DNA of 64,000 nt from a virus (lineage: Duplodnaviria; Caudoviricetes), in IMG/VR virus record IMGVR_UViG_3300020477_000013, positions 137,586 to 201,585 of that record, one strand, 5' to 3'. The position numbers and the translations under genes are program-made. Below, in pieces: positions 38,276 to 49,457 of the stretch (its first letter is position 1; each line of letters starts with the position of its first letter). Under the pieces are notes generated by a model. It saw only the letters and a list, made by a program, of their open reading frames with translations, was not told the origin of the DNA and did no database searches.

Positions 38276-38518
38276 TTGAATAGAATTTGGACTGCAGTTA
38301 GTACTAATCGTTCTACCGGCCAGCGATGCCGCAATGTCTTCAACGGCGGGTTTGACTATGACGTGGCACTTAAGGAATTTAATGAAGAATTCCCAGGCCA
38401 CATGCTAGAAGTGCTAGCACCTGGTACAGTGGAAATGAAAACGTTTAGTACCGGTAAATCGCGTAGTGGGCAATCCCTCCGTGTTAACCCTCTAAATGAT
38501 ATGCCTTCGGGATTTTAG
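38276..38518 (+). CDS. Hypothetical protein
   Basis: TTG start, RBS AGGAGG. Confidence 0.6.
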   Translation: MNRIWTAVSTNRSTGQRCRNVFNGGFDYDVALKEFNEEFPGHMLEVLAPGTVEMKTFSTGKSRSGQSLRVNPLNDMPSGF

Positions 38519-38526
38519 GAGAAAAT

Positions 38527-39000
38527 ATGAACAAGTTGGACAAGCTAAATTCTGCACTTACGGATGGTACCATGGACGTTGTGATGATCTATGAAGATCG
38601 TTGCGATGTATGGCACTGTACGGATGAATACGTTGCGGAGGCAGTTGAGCAAACTAGCACCGCTGATGCACTGGCACAGCTAATTACACTGTCACCAGAA
38701 ATAACGGATCAGTGGGGTAATCCCATCCTTGATAACATGCGTGATAGTGGTTATCTTGAGGATTATCAGCGTGGCGGCGGGACTTTTTGCGAACATGTTG
38801 CTAGTTCGATTCGCCAAAATTTTTATGAGGGTGATTGGCTAGAGTATAACACAGAAAAGTACGATCACAAACGTGGGTGTACAACCATTTCTGCTACTGT
38901 TAAGCTTCCTATGCGTGACGTTATTAAGCTTGATGAGGCTGCATTATCAGGGTGGACGCTACAGGTAACAACTGACCTAGGCAACCTGATTATTGAGTAA
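38527..39000 (+). CDS. Hypothetical protein
   Basis: 157 aa, RBS AGGAG. Confidence 0.75.
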   Translation: MNKLDKLNSALTDGTMDVVMIYEDRCDVWHCTDEYVAEAVEQTSTADALAQLITLSPEITDQWGNPILDNMRDSGYLEDYQRGGGTFCEHVASSIRQNFYEGDWLEYNTEKYDHKRGCTTISATVKLPMRDVIKLDEAALSGWTLQVTTDLGNLIIE

Positions 39001-39004
39001 TCTT

Positions 39005-39033
39005 GTGCAAATCTCCTGCCTGTATGTTACAAT
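39005..39033 (+). promoter_or_regulatory. Promoter GTGCAA-N17-TACAAT
   Basis: Followed by AAGGAGG RBS. Confidence 0.75.
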
Positions 39034-39057
39034 GTACATACAAGGCAAGGAGGCCAC

Positions 39058-39459
39058 ATGAGTAAGAAACTCTCGAAAGGTTGTTTAGTTCGTCTCGATC
39101 CGCAAGTGTGCTTCACTAAGAAGCATGGTGGTGGTCTTCAATACCCTAGAACGAACTACCTAAATGATGAGCGCGGGACAGTCGAGAGTTCTCGGCCTGT
39201 GACACCCGAAGAGACTAAGGCTTGGTATGCGTCTGACGCATCGAAAGGCATGAATAGTGCCGGCGAGTCGAAGCTGCCACCTCAGTCGGCCTATGTTCTC
39301 TTGCACCGTGATCGTACATATCAAGTACTTCGTGCTCGATGTCGAGTCCGACTGGGCTGGGGTAATCCGACGCCTGGCTTGACTAAGATTCTTTGTACGC
39401 ATACGGGTGAAGAGACATACGTTAAGCGAGAGTTGCTTGAGGTTGTCTGTGAAGGATAA
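39058..39459 (+). CDS. Hypothetical early protein, SH3-like with insertion
   Basis: KGCLVRL...LLEVV. Confidence 0.75.
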   Translation: MSKKLSKGCLVRLDPQVCFTKKHGGGLQYPRTNYLNDERGTVESSRPVTPEETKAWYASDASKGMNSAGESKLPPQSAYVLLHRDRTYQVLRARCRVRLGWGNPTPGLTKILCTHTGEETYVKRELLEVVCEG

Positions 39460-39637
39460 GTTGCTCAAGGTAATAGCATGGAGGTTGATATCTATCACTA
39501 TAACTCTCATCATCCTGGCTGTCGTCATGGGTGATGTAGGGTCTGCAACTGGGATTACATTTTTTCTTCATGGATTTTTAACCGTATGTCATTTTGCATT
39601 TGAAAATTTATGGGAGAAATTTCATGAAAGAGGGTGA
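39449..39637 (+). CDS. DUF2061-like membrane protein
   Basis: K-x-x-x-W-R...F-E-x-x-W pattern, two TM helices. Confidence 0.6.
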   Translation: MKDKLLKVIAWRLISITITLIILAVVMGDVGSATGITFFLHGFLTVCHFAFENLWEKFHERG

Positions 39638-39851
39638 TATCGTAAGGGTGAAAAACCCGACTAATCTTTGGCCTGAGGATAATGAAGAAAAGGCTCGATC
39701 TCTGTATCCGTGGAAGTTTGAGGTGGGGATTGTGACATGTACGAAACCATACGGGGGATTTCCAGGTAAAGAAGTTTATGTGCACTTCCCCAGCTATCCT
39801 GAAAAGACTATCTTAGCCGACGCCCTAATTGTTGTACATGAAGGTGGGTGA
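39624..39851 (+). CDS. KVGDLV-family SH3/KOW-like protein
   Basis: MKEGDIVRV. Confidence 0.7.
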   Translation: MKEGDIVRVKNPTNLWPEDNEEKARSLYPWKFEVGIVTCTKPYGGFPGKEVYVHFPSYPEKTILADALIVVHEGG

Positions 39852-40020
39852 TCTAGTTGTACCCCTCCGCACTAAAGAAGAGGCTGGTTTGGGGTTTGGG
39901 TTAATCATTGAATCATATTTCAATGACTCAGACTTAACTGAGTATTTCTATGTTGCTTGGAAACATGAGGCCCAGTGGTGGTCTGAGCTTGAGCTTAAGG
40001 TAATTGATGAACCTGCTTGA
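39838..40020 (+). CDS. KVGDLV-family protein
   Basis: MKVGDLVV...LKVIDE. Confidence 0.75.
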   Translation: MKVGDLVVPLRTKEEAGLGFGLIIESYFNDSDLTEYFYVAWKHEAQWWSELELKVIDEPA

Positions 40021-40300
40021 ATTTGACGATAACGATTGGGATATATGGTCCGGCTGTGAATCTCCTCGCCCATTGAGGTGCGAGGTTGAATGTCTTACCG
40101 GCGACCCAATTACAGTAATCATCGATGGTGTAGATGTTATCATATGCGGAGATGAATCCGAGGTAGGAATTCTGGGCAATCACTTTTCCTATCATTCAGA
40201 GGGAATAGCAATGATAGCTGTTCTGTCATTGGGACAGCCTAGCGTGCCGGCATGTATTAATGAACTACGAAATATTTTGTTGTCATTTGTGCAAACATGA
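40004..40300 (+). CDS. Hypothetical protein
   Basis: 98 aa ORF. Confidence 0.6.
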   Translation: MMNLLEFDDNDWDIWSGCESPRPLRCEVECLTGDPITVIIDGVDVIICGDESEVGILGNHFSYHSEGIAMIAVLSLGQPSVPACINELRNILLSFVQT

Positions 40301-40345
40301 TAATATCGTATTATAATATACTTGTGGTTAGGGGAAATAGCCACT
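40289..40345 (+). promoter_or_regulatory. Promoter plus stem-loop cassette
   Basis: GTGCAA-N17-TATAAT, hairpin GTGGTTA-GGGGAAA-TAGCCAC. Confidence 0.78.
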
Positions 40346-40371
40346 AAGATAACGGACTTGGAGCTTAGAAA

Positions 40372-41049
40372 GTGAAAGCTAGTGAACGTGACGCAATCAT
40401 CGATGACCTTCTCCTTAAGCGCCCTGTAGGGCCGAAGGGCGTGAATCTTACATTCACTACGACGGAAGAGTACTGCTATGATACCGGCAGGTACCGCAAT
40501 ATTCAACGCTGTGATACGCCCCATTACGGTTACGACGTTGAAACGCTCTTTGACCTTGGCCTTCATGATAGCTCTAGCGTTTCAAAGTATGTCAGGGATC
40601 GATGGTTCGCCGGAAAGTCTTCTTGGGAAATTGGCCGAAGGAAGTCGACGATAACACGCCGCGCAAATCGCATCTGGGAACGTATCGGCCAGGGTGTTCG
40701 TCACATGAAGCGTGAGGGAGGCCGAGGTATCTACGCAGTCCGTCCCGCATATGGGGGAGACACGATTGCATACATCTTCGGTAGCAATCCCCAAGAGGCC
40801 ATCAGCGTCGCTGCGACGTTCATCCCTCCCACAGACGGTAGGAGCTACCGCGCGGATTTCAAAGAGCTTGGAGGCGTAGAGAAACTGCGGTCTTACAACG
40901 AGAAGCTCCAGAAGTATCTACAGAATGAAGTCAAGCGTTGCGAAGAGCAGCTCAAGACTTATGAAAAAAAGATGAGTGACTGCACAAATCGGATGACAAT
41001 GCTCAATGTTTTGGCCGGGCACCAGGTTGCTCTAGAAACTGATGTTTAA
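40372..41049 (+). CDS. Hypothetical early protein
   Basis: 225 aa, GC-rich codon usage. Confidence 0.75.
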   Translation: MKASERDAIIDDLLLKRPVGPKGVNLTFTTTEEYCYDTGRYRNIQRCDTPHYGYDVETLFDLGLHDSSSVSKYVRDRWFAGKSSWEIGRRKSTITRRANRIWERIGQGVRHMKREGGRGIYAVRPAYGGDTIAYIFGSNPQEAISVAATFIPPTDGRSYRADFKELGGVEKLRSYNEKLQKYLQNEVKRCEEQLKTYEKKMSDCTNRMTMLNVLAGHQVALETDV

Positions 41050-41060
41050 TCACCATCTCT

Positions 41061-41150
41061 GTGCAAATATTTTCCCCATGTGATACTATATAAATGTTGG
41101 TGGGGAAAACCAACCCAGTATAACGAAGCTTTAACTTTCGACCAAGGAGA
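41061..41150 (+). promoter_or_regulatory. Promoter plus stem-loop plus RBS cassette
   Basis: GTGCAA-N17-TACTAT, hairpin GTTGGT-GGGGAAA-ACCAAC, AAGGAG. Confidence 0.75.
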
Positions 41151-41154
41151 TATC

Positions 41155-41910
41155 GTGAAGCTAAACGTTAAGAATAATGAGGTACCTTTTGGCACTAACA
41201 TTCTTGAGGTAAAGGTACCCAAGCAATTGCGCAACAAGGTCAAGTCAGGCCTTGAGTACATTGACTGCGCACTGGGAGGTGAGGGCTTTACACCTTCAGC
41301 TGTCACATTCTTTACAGGCACCCCGGGGTCAGGCAAGACCACGATGATGCTCAAGCTGGCAGATAGCCTGACTAAGCAGGGGGCCGTGGTCCTCTTCAAC
41401 ACTGCTGAGGAGAGTCTCTTCCAGGTCAAGCTGGTCGCTGAGCGACTCGGACTCCGAAACGGGTTCGTCGCCGGCCAGGAGAACCACATCCCTACGCTGC
41501 TTGAAAATTGTGACAAGCTTCGAGCCAAGCGTGGCAACAAGAAGAAGCCGTTCTTCCTCATCGTCGACAGTCTCCAGTGTATGGACGACGGTAAGTACAA
41601 GGATGGCCACGTTAATCGAGCTTCTGCTGAACGTAGCCTAGGTATGATTACCGATTACTGTAAGGAGAATTTCTGTAACGCTGTCGTCATTGGACAGGTC
41701 AACAAATCCGGACAAATGGCGGGTACCAATAAGCTTAAGCATATGGTTGACGCCATGATGGAATTGAGCGTTGAAGAGAAAGACCGCGACCTTGAGGGTT
41801 GCCGAGTTCTTCAGACAACGAAAAATCGGTTTGGGGGATGTGGTCATACATTTTTCCTCCAGCTCAACCGCAGAGGGTTTACTGAGGTTGCTCGGGTTAG
41901 TGCTGCCTAG
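41155..41910 (+). CDS. RadA/Sms-like RecA-fold ATPase (no Zn finger or Lon domain)
   Basis: GTPGSGKT Walker A, IVDSLQ Walker B, KHMVD, KNRFG; start reassigned to GTG 41155. Confidence 0.85.
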   Translation: MKLNVKNNEVPFGTNILEVKVPKQLRNKVKSGLEYIDCALGGEGFTPSAVTFFTGTPGSGKTTMMLKLADSLTKQGAVVLFNTAEESLFQVKLVAERLGLRNGFVAGQENHIPTLLENCDKLRAKRGNKKKPFFLIVDSLQCMDDGKYKDGHVNRASAERSLGMITDYCKENFCNAVVIGQVNKSGQMAGTNKLKHMVDAMMELSVEEKDRDLEGCRVLQTTKNRFGGCGHTFFLQLNRRGFTEVARVSAA

Positions 41911-42004
41911 GTAAGCTAGCTCAAATAGATGGGCTAGGAGTGGTTATTTACATTTACAAGTGTACGTGTGAACATAATAATAGTTAAGAAATTAAGGTGA
42001 CATC

Positions 42005-42577
42005 ATGAAGGTAATGTTTTTGCATGGGCTCGAGGGTAGCCCTGAGGGCCTAAAGGCAACTTATTTGTGTGAAAAATACAATGCGGTTGTACCGAAACTA
42101 GATATGAGCGAATTGATTCGGCTCAAGGGGGATTCTAAAAACTGGAGCCTCGTTGATCGATATGATATCTTGTGGGCATCTAGGATTCCTCTCCGGCAAG
42201 TTCGTGAAGCTATAACAGAGAATAAACCTGACATCATTGTTGGGTCTTCGATGGGCGGCGCGCTACTGGCGAAAATGATTATAGAAAATGCATGGTCAGG
42301 TCCATCAGTTTTTCTTGCGTCTGCTTCAAAAATGATGTTTGATATCTCGAAGGTTTCACCTGCAACAGGTAAGAAGTGCAGGTGGATCCACGGGTCCATG
42401 GATGATGTTGTACCCCTAGACGACAGTATCGACATCTCAAAGGCGTCTGGGGGTAGCCTAGAGGTAATTGATGACGACCATCGCCTAGAAAAAATTATTG
42501 AACTTGGCAGCCTAGATGAAGCTATCATGCATGCAGGAAATTACGTTGAAAGAAGTCTGGAAAAAAATACTGGCTAA
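42005..42577 (+). CDS. Alpha/beta hydrolase (YqiA-like esterase)
   Basis: LHGLEGSP, GSSMGG, HG-x-x-DD, DH catalytic elements. Confidence 0.85.
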   Translation: MKVMFLHGLEGSPEGLKATYLCEKYNAVVPKLDMSELIRLKGDSKNWSLVDRYDILWASRIPLRQVREAITENKPDIIVGSSMGGALLAKMIIENAWSGPSVFLASASKMMFDISKVSPATGKKCRWIHGSMDDVVPLDDSIDISKASGGSLEVIDDDHRLEKIIELGSLDEAIMHAGNYVERSLEKNTG

Positions 42578-42729
42578 TCTGACATCATATGAATTTATGG
42601 TGTATACCTTCGCTGCCAATGTCACACTGTTGCTCATCTTTGCCCTGATGATCCAATATTGTTAGGAGGCATCATCTCGTGGGCTCTGAGTGGCGTTACA
42701 TAACAGCATTGAGCTACGGTGCCTGGTAC

Positions 42730-42984
42730 ATGTATGTAGTGGAGTGTGCTGATACTACTCTATATACCGGAATCACCAAGTGCATCGATAGAAGGCTACG
42801 AGAACATAATGGAAGTAATCGCGGGGCGAAGTATACACGCTCACGCCGGCCGGTAAAATTAGTGTATTACAAGCAGTATCAAGATCAGTCATCAGCTCTA
42901 AAGGCAGAGTCAAAATTTAAGAAGATGACTAGATTTCAGAAACTACAAATAGTTAAGGGATTTTACAAAAATGGAAAAGACTGA
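42730..42984 (+). CDS. GIY-YIG nuclease (YhbQ/UPF0213-like)
   Basis: YVVECADTTLYTGIT...RRL-x-EHN...GAKYT...ALKAE. Confidence 0.88.
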   Translation: MYVVECADTTLYTGITKCIDRRLREHNGSNRGAKYTRSRRPVKLVYYKQYQDQSSALKAESKFKKMTRFQKLQIVKGFYKNGKD

Positions 42985-43162
42985 CGTCAAGAATTTAATG
43001 CAGTTGAGGGAGTATATACGCAACTACTATCAGGAGTTGCCCAAGAAATATGTCGCAGGAAATGTCGAACATGACGTTGCATTTAGGGAAGTAACGACAT
43101 TCTGTGCGACACTTATCAATAGCTTAGACGATCTGCTCAAAGATCATGTAGATTTTACGTAG
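42971..43162 (+). CDS. Hypothetical protein
   Basis: 63 aa ORF. Confidence 0.6.
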   Translation: MEKTDVKNLMQLREYIRNYYQELPKKYVAGNVEHDVAFREVTTFCATLINSLDDLLKDHVDFT

Positions 43163-43171
43163 TAGATATCA

Positions 43172-44380
43172 ATGGATCATTCGAAGAAAACGGGTGTACT
43201 GCTGTGTTTGGATGAAGACCGTACCCTTGAATTCGAGGCCGGCCTAGAGTCCCTTATTCCAGGCTACAGGTACATTGATTGGAGAATAACACCCATCCTT
43301 AAGCCCTCACGATCTTGTGGGGAAGATGCTTTTAGGTGGGACCACACATGGAAAGCAAAGATAGGCTTGCATGATGAGTCTGTAATAACAGATTCCAGCA
43401 TAGGAATAAAGACAAGAGACTATCTATCGAAGTATGCAGATGAATTTGGATGGCATCTTGTAACTAATTTAAAGCAAGAGTTTCCTGTACCATGGGATAA
43501 CTCTTCTTTTTTTATAACGCTATACAAGGGCCACAAGTCATGGGATAAATCGCTAATCCCTACCCCTCAGCGCACATGGAGTCACTCTGTTGGGGTAGGC
43601 ACACCTAGGCGAATCGTTGGGGTAATGCAGGTAAAAAATTCAGAGCTAATAGTCGAGAAGACTATAGAGAATATTATGCCCTTACTTGACTGGCTTATCG
43701 TATTAGACAACGAGTCGTCTGATTCGACACCATCAATCGTACGAGAGATTGCCTCTCACGACCCGCGTATTCTGACAAAGGATATCCTCACGACAGAATC
43801 AGGTGCAAGGTATCTTCATTCGCTATGTGGAACAGACACAGTCATAGTTAAGGTTGATGCTGATGAAATTTGGAACCCTTTTTACGTAACATGGTTGCGG
43901 GATTACCTTTTGTGTGCTAATGTAGTTAACACATGCGAATTTGAAATTCCATCCGGCCAGATATACGTCAACGGAGTAGATTTAAACAATAATGTATGTA
44001 CAGGTAAGCCTGAATCGTGGAATGGCATGCATTATTTTGGAAATATTATAGCATGGCCTCAACAATCAGAAAGGCTGCACGGACCTAAGAAGAAGATCCG
44101 GGCAGGAACACGGTCTCAACCTGTTCAGCTGGGTGGGCCTAGGGGTTCCTACCCTATTTTGCATTTCCCATTTTTCCAGTTTTCCAAAGAAAAGACCTGG
44201 GGTAAGAAACTTGGTTGGGAACAGCACAAGGTTTCATATGTAGAGCCTGACCCCAAGAAATGGAAAGTTGAATCTCTGGATGAATTCGGCGTTACTTCCG
44301 TCATGTCACAATTGTTGGGGAATGAAAAAATGTGGGTCGTACCGGGTGAATTTATAAATGCAGCATTGGAGAGAGAATAG
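43172..44380 (+). CDS. Protein with GT2-like glycosyltransferase domain
   Basis: MQVKNSE...IVLDNESSDST...DADE. Confidence 0.65.
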   Translation: MDHSKKTGVLLCLDEDRTLEFEAGLESLIPGYRYIDWRITPILKPSRSCGEDAFRWDHTWKAKIGLHDESVITDSSIGIKTRDYLSKYADEFGWHLVTNLKQEFPVPWDNSSFFITLYKGHKSWDKSLIPTPQRTWSHSVGVGTPRRIVGVMQVKNSELIVEKTIENIMPLLDWLIVLDNESSDSTPSIVREIASHDPRILTKDILTTESGARYLHSLCGTDTVIVKVDADEIWNPFYVTWLRDYLLCANVVNTCEFEIPSGQIYVNGVDLNNNVCTGKPESWNGMHYFGNIIAWPQQSERLHGPKKKIRAGTRSQPVQLGGPRGSYPILHFPFFQFSKEKTWGKKLGWEQHKVSYVEPDPKKWKVESLDEFGVTSVMSQLLGNEKMWVVPGEFINAALERE

Positions 44381-44617
44381 ATGAAGAACTATATAGCCTG
44401 CGGTGTAGCAGGTCTTGTCATGGGATTTTTGGTGAGCTGGTTTGTGATGACTGTTTGGGATGGGCTTATTCCTGCTCCACCCGAGAACGTTATTATCCGG
44501 CAGGCTCTTATGAGCCATTGTCAAGATACACCTGTGAGGGTATTATCCTGCCCCGGTCGGGTAGATACGTGTGTTTGTGGAAATCTTACAGAGAAGGATC
44601 TAAAGGGTGGAAAATAA
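44381..44617 (+). CDS. Small membrane-anchored protein
   Basis: N-terminal TM, Cys-containing C-terminus. Confidence 0.6.
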   Translation: MKNYIACGVAGLVMGFLVSWFVMTVWDGLIPAPPENVIIRQALMSHCQDTPVRVLSCPGRVDTCVCGNLTEKDLKGGK

Positions 44618-46118
44618 TATTTTAGACGCTGGCGCCGAAGAGTTTATAACTGAGCTTGCGGGTGTTTTTCATACGAGTCTTAAGGTTTTGCTAGGTGCCC
44701 GCAGGGATAGACAACTACAATATGACAGCGGGCACCTACCTGATTTTCTGCAAGAGACAGAAGGTATTAGAAATTCAACATGGGAAGTTTCACCCGTACC
44801 TGAAGATATTCATGATAGAAGGGTAGAGATCACAGGCCCACCTGATAGAAAAATGGTGATTAATGCACTCAATTCTGGTGCGAATGTCTTCATGGCTGAT
44901 TTTGAGGATAGCATGTCGCCCACATGGGAGAATGTGCTAAGTGGTCAGCAAAATTTATATGACGCAGTTCGAGGCACTATAACTTATGAGCACCCCACAA
45001 AGGGGACATACAGATTGTGCTCCAATCCCGCAGTTTTATTTGTCAGGCCTAGGGGGTTACACCTACCGGAGTCTCATTTTAAAGTAGGGGGAGAGGATGT
45101 ACCAGCGTGCTTGTTCGACTTTGGTATTTTTATGTATAATAATGCCAGGTACCTTGTTGATAGTGGGCGCGCTCCGTATTTTTACCTGCCAAAGCTAGAG
45201 CATTATTTGGAGGCAAGGTGGTGGAACAGCGTATTCACCTGGACCCAGGAGAAATTAGGCATTGAGCCCGGTACGATCAAGGCAACAGTTTTGCTAGAGA
45301 CCCTTCCTGCTGCATTTCAAATGAATGAAATTCTTTATGAGCTTAAGGAGCACTCAGCAGGCTTGAATTGTGGTAGGTGGGACTACATCTTTAGCTATAT
45401 TAAGACGCTGGGGGGTGATCCTTCATATGTGCTACCTGATAGGTCACAGGTTACGATGGAATCCTCTTTTATGACTGCGTATTCAAATTTGGTCGTTCAC
45501 ACATGTCATAAAAGAGGAATTCATGCCATGGGAGGAATGGCGGCTCAGATCCCCATTAGGGATGATGCTGCAGCAAATGCCTCAGCAATGGAAAAAGTTT
45601 ACCAGGATAAGCGCAGAGAAGTCGCCGCCGGACATGACGGCACATGGGTAGCTCATCCTGGCCTTATATCCATAGCAAAAGATGTATTTAATGAATTCAT
45701 GCCTGGTAAAAACCAAATATCTTTAAAGACAGAGTGCTCATGTTCACAGAGCGATTTGCTGCAACCGTCGCAGGGAACTATCACCCGACAGGGCCTACAG
45801 CAAAATGTTGATGTAGGTATTCGATATATTTCTGCATGGCTTAACGGGAATGGGTGCGTGCCTCTTTATAATTTAATGGAAGATGCAGCTACTGCAGAGA
45901 TATCTCGCACGCAGATTTGGCAATGGATAAAGCATGGTGCAACCCTGGACGACGGCACACCGGTTAGCCACGGTTTGCTGGAGGCAATTACAGGAAAAAT
46001 TGTATGGGATAATCCATCATTGAAAGATGGCGCAAATTTATTTTTAGACATGTGTTTAAATGAAACCGTGGTAGAGTTTTTAACCATACCTGCATATAAA
46101 AGGATTATGAATGGGTAA
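44607..46118 (+). CDS. aceB: Malate synthase A
   Basis: [59 protein letters not shown]. Confidence 0.96.
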   Translation: MENNILDAGAEEFITELAGVFHTSLKVLLGARRDRQLQYDSGHLPDFLQETEGIRNSTWEVSPVPEDIHDRRVEITGPPDRKMVINALNSGANVFMADFEDSMSPTWENVLSGQQNLYDAVRGTITYEHPTKGTYRLCSNPAVLFVRPRGLHLPESHFKVGGEDVPACLFDFGIFMYNNARYLVDSGRAPYFYLPKLEHYLEARWWNSVFTWTQEKLGIEPGTIKATVLLETLPAAFQMNEILYELKEHSAGLNCGRWDYIFSYIKTLGGDPSYVLPDRSQVTMESSFMTAYSNLVVHTCHKRGIHAMGGMAAQIPIRDDAAANASAMEKVYQDKRREVAAGHDGTWVAHPGLISIAKDVFNEFMPGKNQISLKTECSCSQSDLLQPSQGTITRQGLQQNVDVGIRYISAWLNGNGCVPLYNLMEDAATAEISRTQIWQWIKHGATLDDGTPVSHGLLEAITGKIVWDNPSLKDGANLFLDMCLNETVVEFLTIPAYKRIMNG

Positions 46119-47355
46119 TAATGATGATCGTTGGCATGGTATATCCAGGCCGTATTCTACAGAAGATGTTGTACGTTTGAGGGGATCACTTCCGGAACGT
46201 TATGTCCTTGCCGAAAGGACGTCAAAGAAACTATGGAGGCTGCTCAACGAAAAGGACTATACACATGCTATGGGTGCCGTTACAGGCAATCAAGCTATGC
46301 AGATGGTGAAGGGTGGCTTGCCGGCAATATACTGTTCGGGGTGGCAAGTTGCAGCTGATGCTAACGATTCACATGAAATGTATCCCGATCAAAGTCTTTA
46401 TGCGGTCCACAGCGTTCCCATGCTAGTCCAAAAAATAAACAATGCTTTGAGGAGAGCAGACCAGGTTGAGTGGTCCGAGAATAGCTCATCTACGTCAAGG
46501 GACTGGTTTGTACCGATCGTAGCAGATGCCGAAGCTGGGTTTGGGGGATCACTTAACGCGTTTGAATTAATGAAATCTATGATCAGGGCAGGTGCGGCGG
46601 GTGTACACTTTGAAGATCAGTTAAGCTCTGCGAAAAAGTGCGGTCATCTCGGTGGTAAGGTCTTAGTGCCAGGCAGCGAATTTATCAAAAAACTAGTTGC
46701 GGCCCGCCTGGCTGCTGACGTGATGGGAACGGACACCATATTGATAGCAAGGACTGATGCCAATAGCGCAAAACTATTAACGTCAGACATAGATCCGGAA
46801 GATAAGCCATTCATTACTTCAAGTGACAGGACGCCAGAGGGATTTTATCGAATCACCGGTGGTCTAGATCTAGCTATTTCTAGAGGGCTAAGATATGCAC
46901 CCTACGCAGACCTAATTTGGTGTGAGACTGGAAAGCCTGACTTAGAAGAAGCAAAGAGATTCGCAGATGCTATTCATGAGAAGTATCCTGGAAAACTGCT
47001 GGCGTACAATTGTTCACCGAGCTTTAACTGGAAGAAAAATCTGGATGATGAAACAATAGCAAAGTTCCAACGTGAGCTAGGGAAGATGGGTTACAAGTTT
47101 CAATTCATTACCCTGGCTGGTTTTCATAATCTCAATTACCACATGTTTCAGTTAGCTCGAAATTATGAAGAAAAAGATATGACGGCATACTCTGAATTAC
47201 AGGAGAGTGAATTTGAGGCAGAGGTTAATGGGTATACGGCAACTAAGCATCAGAGAGAAGTTGGGACCGGATACTTTGACGCGGTTGCTCAGGTGATATC
47301 AAGCGATTCATCTACGCTAGCATTAAAAGAGTCAACAGAGGCGGAGCAGTTTTAG
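46111..47355 (+). CDS. aceA: Isocitrate lyase
   Basis: [46 protein letters not shown]. Confidence 0.97.
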   Translation: MGNNDDRWHGISRPYSTEDVVRLRGSLPERYVLAERTSKKLWRLLNEKDYTHAMGAVTGNQAMQMVKGGLPAIYCSGWQVAADANDSHEMYPDQSLYAVHSVPMLVQKINNALRRADQVEWSENSSSTSRDWFVPIVADAEAGFGGSLNAFELMKSMIRAGAAGVHFEDQLSSAKKCGHLGGKVLVPGSEFIKKLVAARLAADVMGTDTILIARTDANSAKLLTSDIDPEDKPFITSSDRTPEGFYRITGGLDLAISRGLRYAPYADLIWCETGKPDLEEAKRFADAIHEKYPGKLLAYNCSPSFNWKKNLDDETIAKFQRELGKMGYKFQFITLAGFHNLNYHMFQLARNYEEKDMTAYSELQESEFEAEVNGYTATKHQREVGTGYFDAVAQVISSDSSTLALKESTEAEQF

Positions 47356-47357
47356 AA

Positions 47358-48155
47358 ATGTCATATGCTTCTTATATTCCCTTTGTTTCAATGTATTGTC
47401 ACAATTTTAAAACAGCCAATATTTTAGAGGTTGGTACCGAATATGGAACATCTTTTATTTCTTTGTTGCATCGGCTGGTAAATAGCAATCGATCTTTTAA
47501 TATGGTGGGTGTAGATATTTGGATTAGGGATTCATTTAATGCTACGGTTCAATCAATCCCGCGCGATCAGGAAAAACAAAGAGTCACACTTTTAGAGGCT
47601 AACAGCCTAGATATCCTAGGTCATGTCTTACAGCCGGGCCGCCTAGGCGGCCCATCAGGGCGCTCAATATTAGAGATGCCTATATCCGTAGCACTGGTGG
47701 ACGGCGATCATAATTACTATACTGTTAGTAAAGAGTTAGAGCTAATCGGTAAGTATTCATCACCAGAAACGATTATCGTTTGTGATGACTATAGTACTCG
47801 ATATGGTGATAAAGACATGTTTTACTCTGAGGTGGCTGAGTATAAGCACGTCGACGAAGGTTCATTTACACCCCGTGTATCCCTTGAAAAAGAAGGTGTC
47901 CGACCTGCTGTTGACGATTTTCTGGAAAACAATAATATGTGGGAAAAGCTAGATGATCCCCCTGATTTGACACACGATGGCTGCTTGTTGTATAGGAAAG
48001 ATAATAGGATATTTAACTCGCTATTCCAGGCGTATCCAGATCTACCTGTACAAATAAGAAATATCCAGGCTATTGATTCGGGTAACGGTGCAATCATCGA
48101 CATGACGGGAGACAAAGCTGTTAGTATCATACAGCAATTAAATTCCGCACCATGA
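47358..48155 (+). CDS. Class I SAM-dependent methyltransferase
   Basis: LEVGTEYG, VDGDH-x-Y, IVCDDY. Confidence 0.75.
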   Translation: MSYASYIPFVSMYCHNFKTANILEVGTEYGTSFISLLHRLVNSNRSFNMVGVDIWIRDSFNATVQSIPRDQEKQRVTLLEANSLDILGHVLQPGRLGGPSGRSILEMPISVALVDGDHNYYTVSKELELIGKYSSPETIIVCDDYSTRYGDKDMFYSEVAEYKHVDEGSFTPRVSLEKEGVRPAVDDFLENNNMWEKLDDPPDLTHDGCLLYRKDNRIFNSLFQAYPDLPVQIRNIQAIDSGNGAIIDMTGDKAVSIIQQLNSAP

Positions 48156-48218
48156 GATGAATGAGCTCTTTTCACGATATATTTAAATTTGTAGCACGTT
48201 GCTGTGCTGTAGCTCTAT

Positions 48219-48719
48219 TTGACAATAAGCAGTGGGGGGCAGGGTATTGTGTTGAGCGCGATAATCCAGATAATGATAGCAATTATAGTCGCTAATCTTT
48301 ACGAATGGGTTATCCACAAACATGTTTTACACGGCCTCGGAAAAAAGAAAAATTCTTCATGGAGTTCACACTGGTCAGTGCACCACAGAAACTGTCGTCA
48401 AAATGAAAATTTTGACCAAGACTACCTAGATGTTTTTGGCGGCGGCTGGAGCGAAGGAGCAAAAGAGATAGTAGGCGTTTTGTTTTTGGCTATTATTCAA
48501 ATTCCTACATTTTTTGTGTTTCCCTGGTACGCTGGAACATCTATCATGATGGCTGGGCTATATTTCTTCATACACCGAAAAGCCCATCTAGATATTGATT
48601 GGTGTAAAAAATGGGTACCGTGGCACTATGATCACCACATGGGAAAAGACCAGGACAAAAACTGGGGTGTTACCCTCCCGCTGTGGGACTATATCTTGGG
48701 CACTAGGGTAAAGTTATAA
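48219..48719 (+). CDS. Fatty acid hydroxylase/desaturase superfamily membrane protein
   Basis: His boxes EWVIHKHVLH, HWSVHH, HRKAH, HYDHH. Confidence 0.78.
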   Translation: MTISSGGQGIVLSAIIQIMIAIIVANLYEWVIHKHVLHGLGKKKNSSWSSHWSVHHRNCRQNENFDQDYLDVFGGGWSEGAKEIVGVLFLAIIQIPTFFVFPWYAGTSIMMAGLYFFIHRKAHLDIDWCKKWVPWHYDHHMGKDQDKNWGVTLPLWDYILGTRVKL

Positions 48720-48769
48720 AATCTGTGATTACTTTTTTATAACGAGTTATTCTTTCGTTATAGTTTGGT

Positions 48770-49102
48770 ATGTACGGATTAATCATTTCACTGTTGTTGC
48801 TCGGCGCGCCAGACATGCATGACCCCACCTGGGAAAGGGCTGATGTTCGATCATTCGAAAGATACGATGCAGGTAATACATGCATTTTTAATTTTTATTC
48901 TCCAAAAATATTGAAGAAATATGAGGTCTGGATTAAGCCCAAGTGGAGGAAGTATCGGCACTCCAGAAGTATAGAGAGACTGGTGATTATTCACCCCATA
49001 TGTAATGATCGCAACTGGTATGCACATGGTGGTATGTATGAGACTCATACCATGAACAAGTATTTGAGAAAGTTTGGAGCGAAGTTTAAAAAAGTTAATT
49101 AA
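48770..49102 (+). CDS. Hypothetical exported protein
   Basis: Short hydrophobic N-terminus. Confidence 0.55.
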   Translation: MYGLIISLLLLGAPDMHDPTWERADVRSFERYDAGNTCIFNFYSPKILKKYEVWIKPKWRKYRHSRSIERLVIIHPICNDRNWYAHGGMYETHTMNKYLRKFGAKFKKVN

Positions 49103-49190
49103 TTTCTGTACACCTTCAGCGTTTCAGATAATATTATCACATAACCAATTGGCGACATCGCCACCAACTATCTTTTAAAGGAGATACTAC

Positions 49191-49391
49191 ATGAGCTATT
49201 TGAATTCTAAGAGCACCAAGCGTTTCGATTTTACAATTAACCAGAACAAGACGTCCAAGAAGGCTGGATCCAACCAGCTGACGATTAGCACACGCCCCTA
49301 TGGCGACCGCTACAGCGTGGGTACCAGCACCCTCCAGATGACTGTGAAGGAAGCGCAGACTCTCAAGAATTTCCTGAATGAGAACCTCTAG
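49191..49391 (+). CDS. Small hypothetical protein, probably highly expressed
   Basis: RBS AAGGAG, biased codons, own terminator. Confidence 0.75.
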   Translation: MSYLNSKSTKRFDFTINQNKTSKKAGSNQLTISTRPYGDRYSVGTSTLQMTVKEAQTLKNFLNENL

Positions 49392-49420
49392 GGTACTTGC
49401 TTAGGCATTTGCTTAATATG

Positions 49421-49457
49421 AAAGGACACCCAGTTAACTGGGTGTCCTTTTTTTATT
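49421..49457 (+). terminator. Rho-independent terminator
   Basis: Perfect 30-bp palindrome AAAGGACACCCAGTT/AACTGGGTGTCCTTT plus T-run. Confidence 0.9.

Noticed and set aside
42730-42984. GIY-YIG gene as a mobile homing endonuclease
   Set aside because: It is only about 84 aa with no DNA-binding extension and no intron context, and matches the YhbQ-like repair type.
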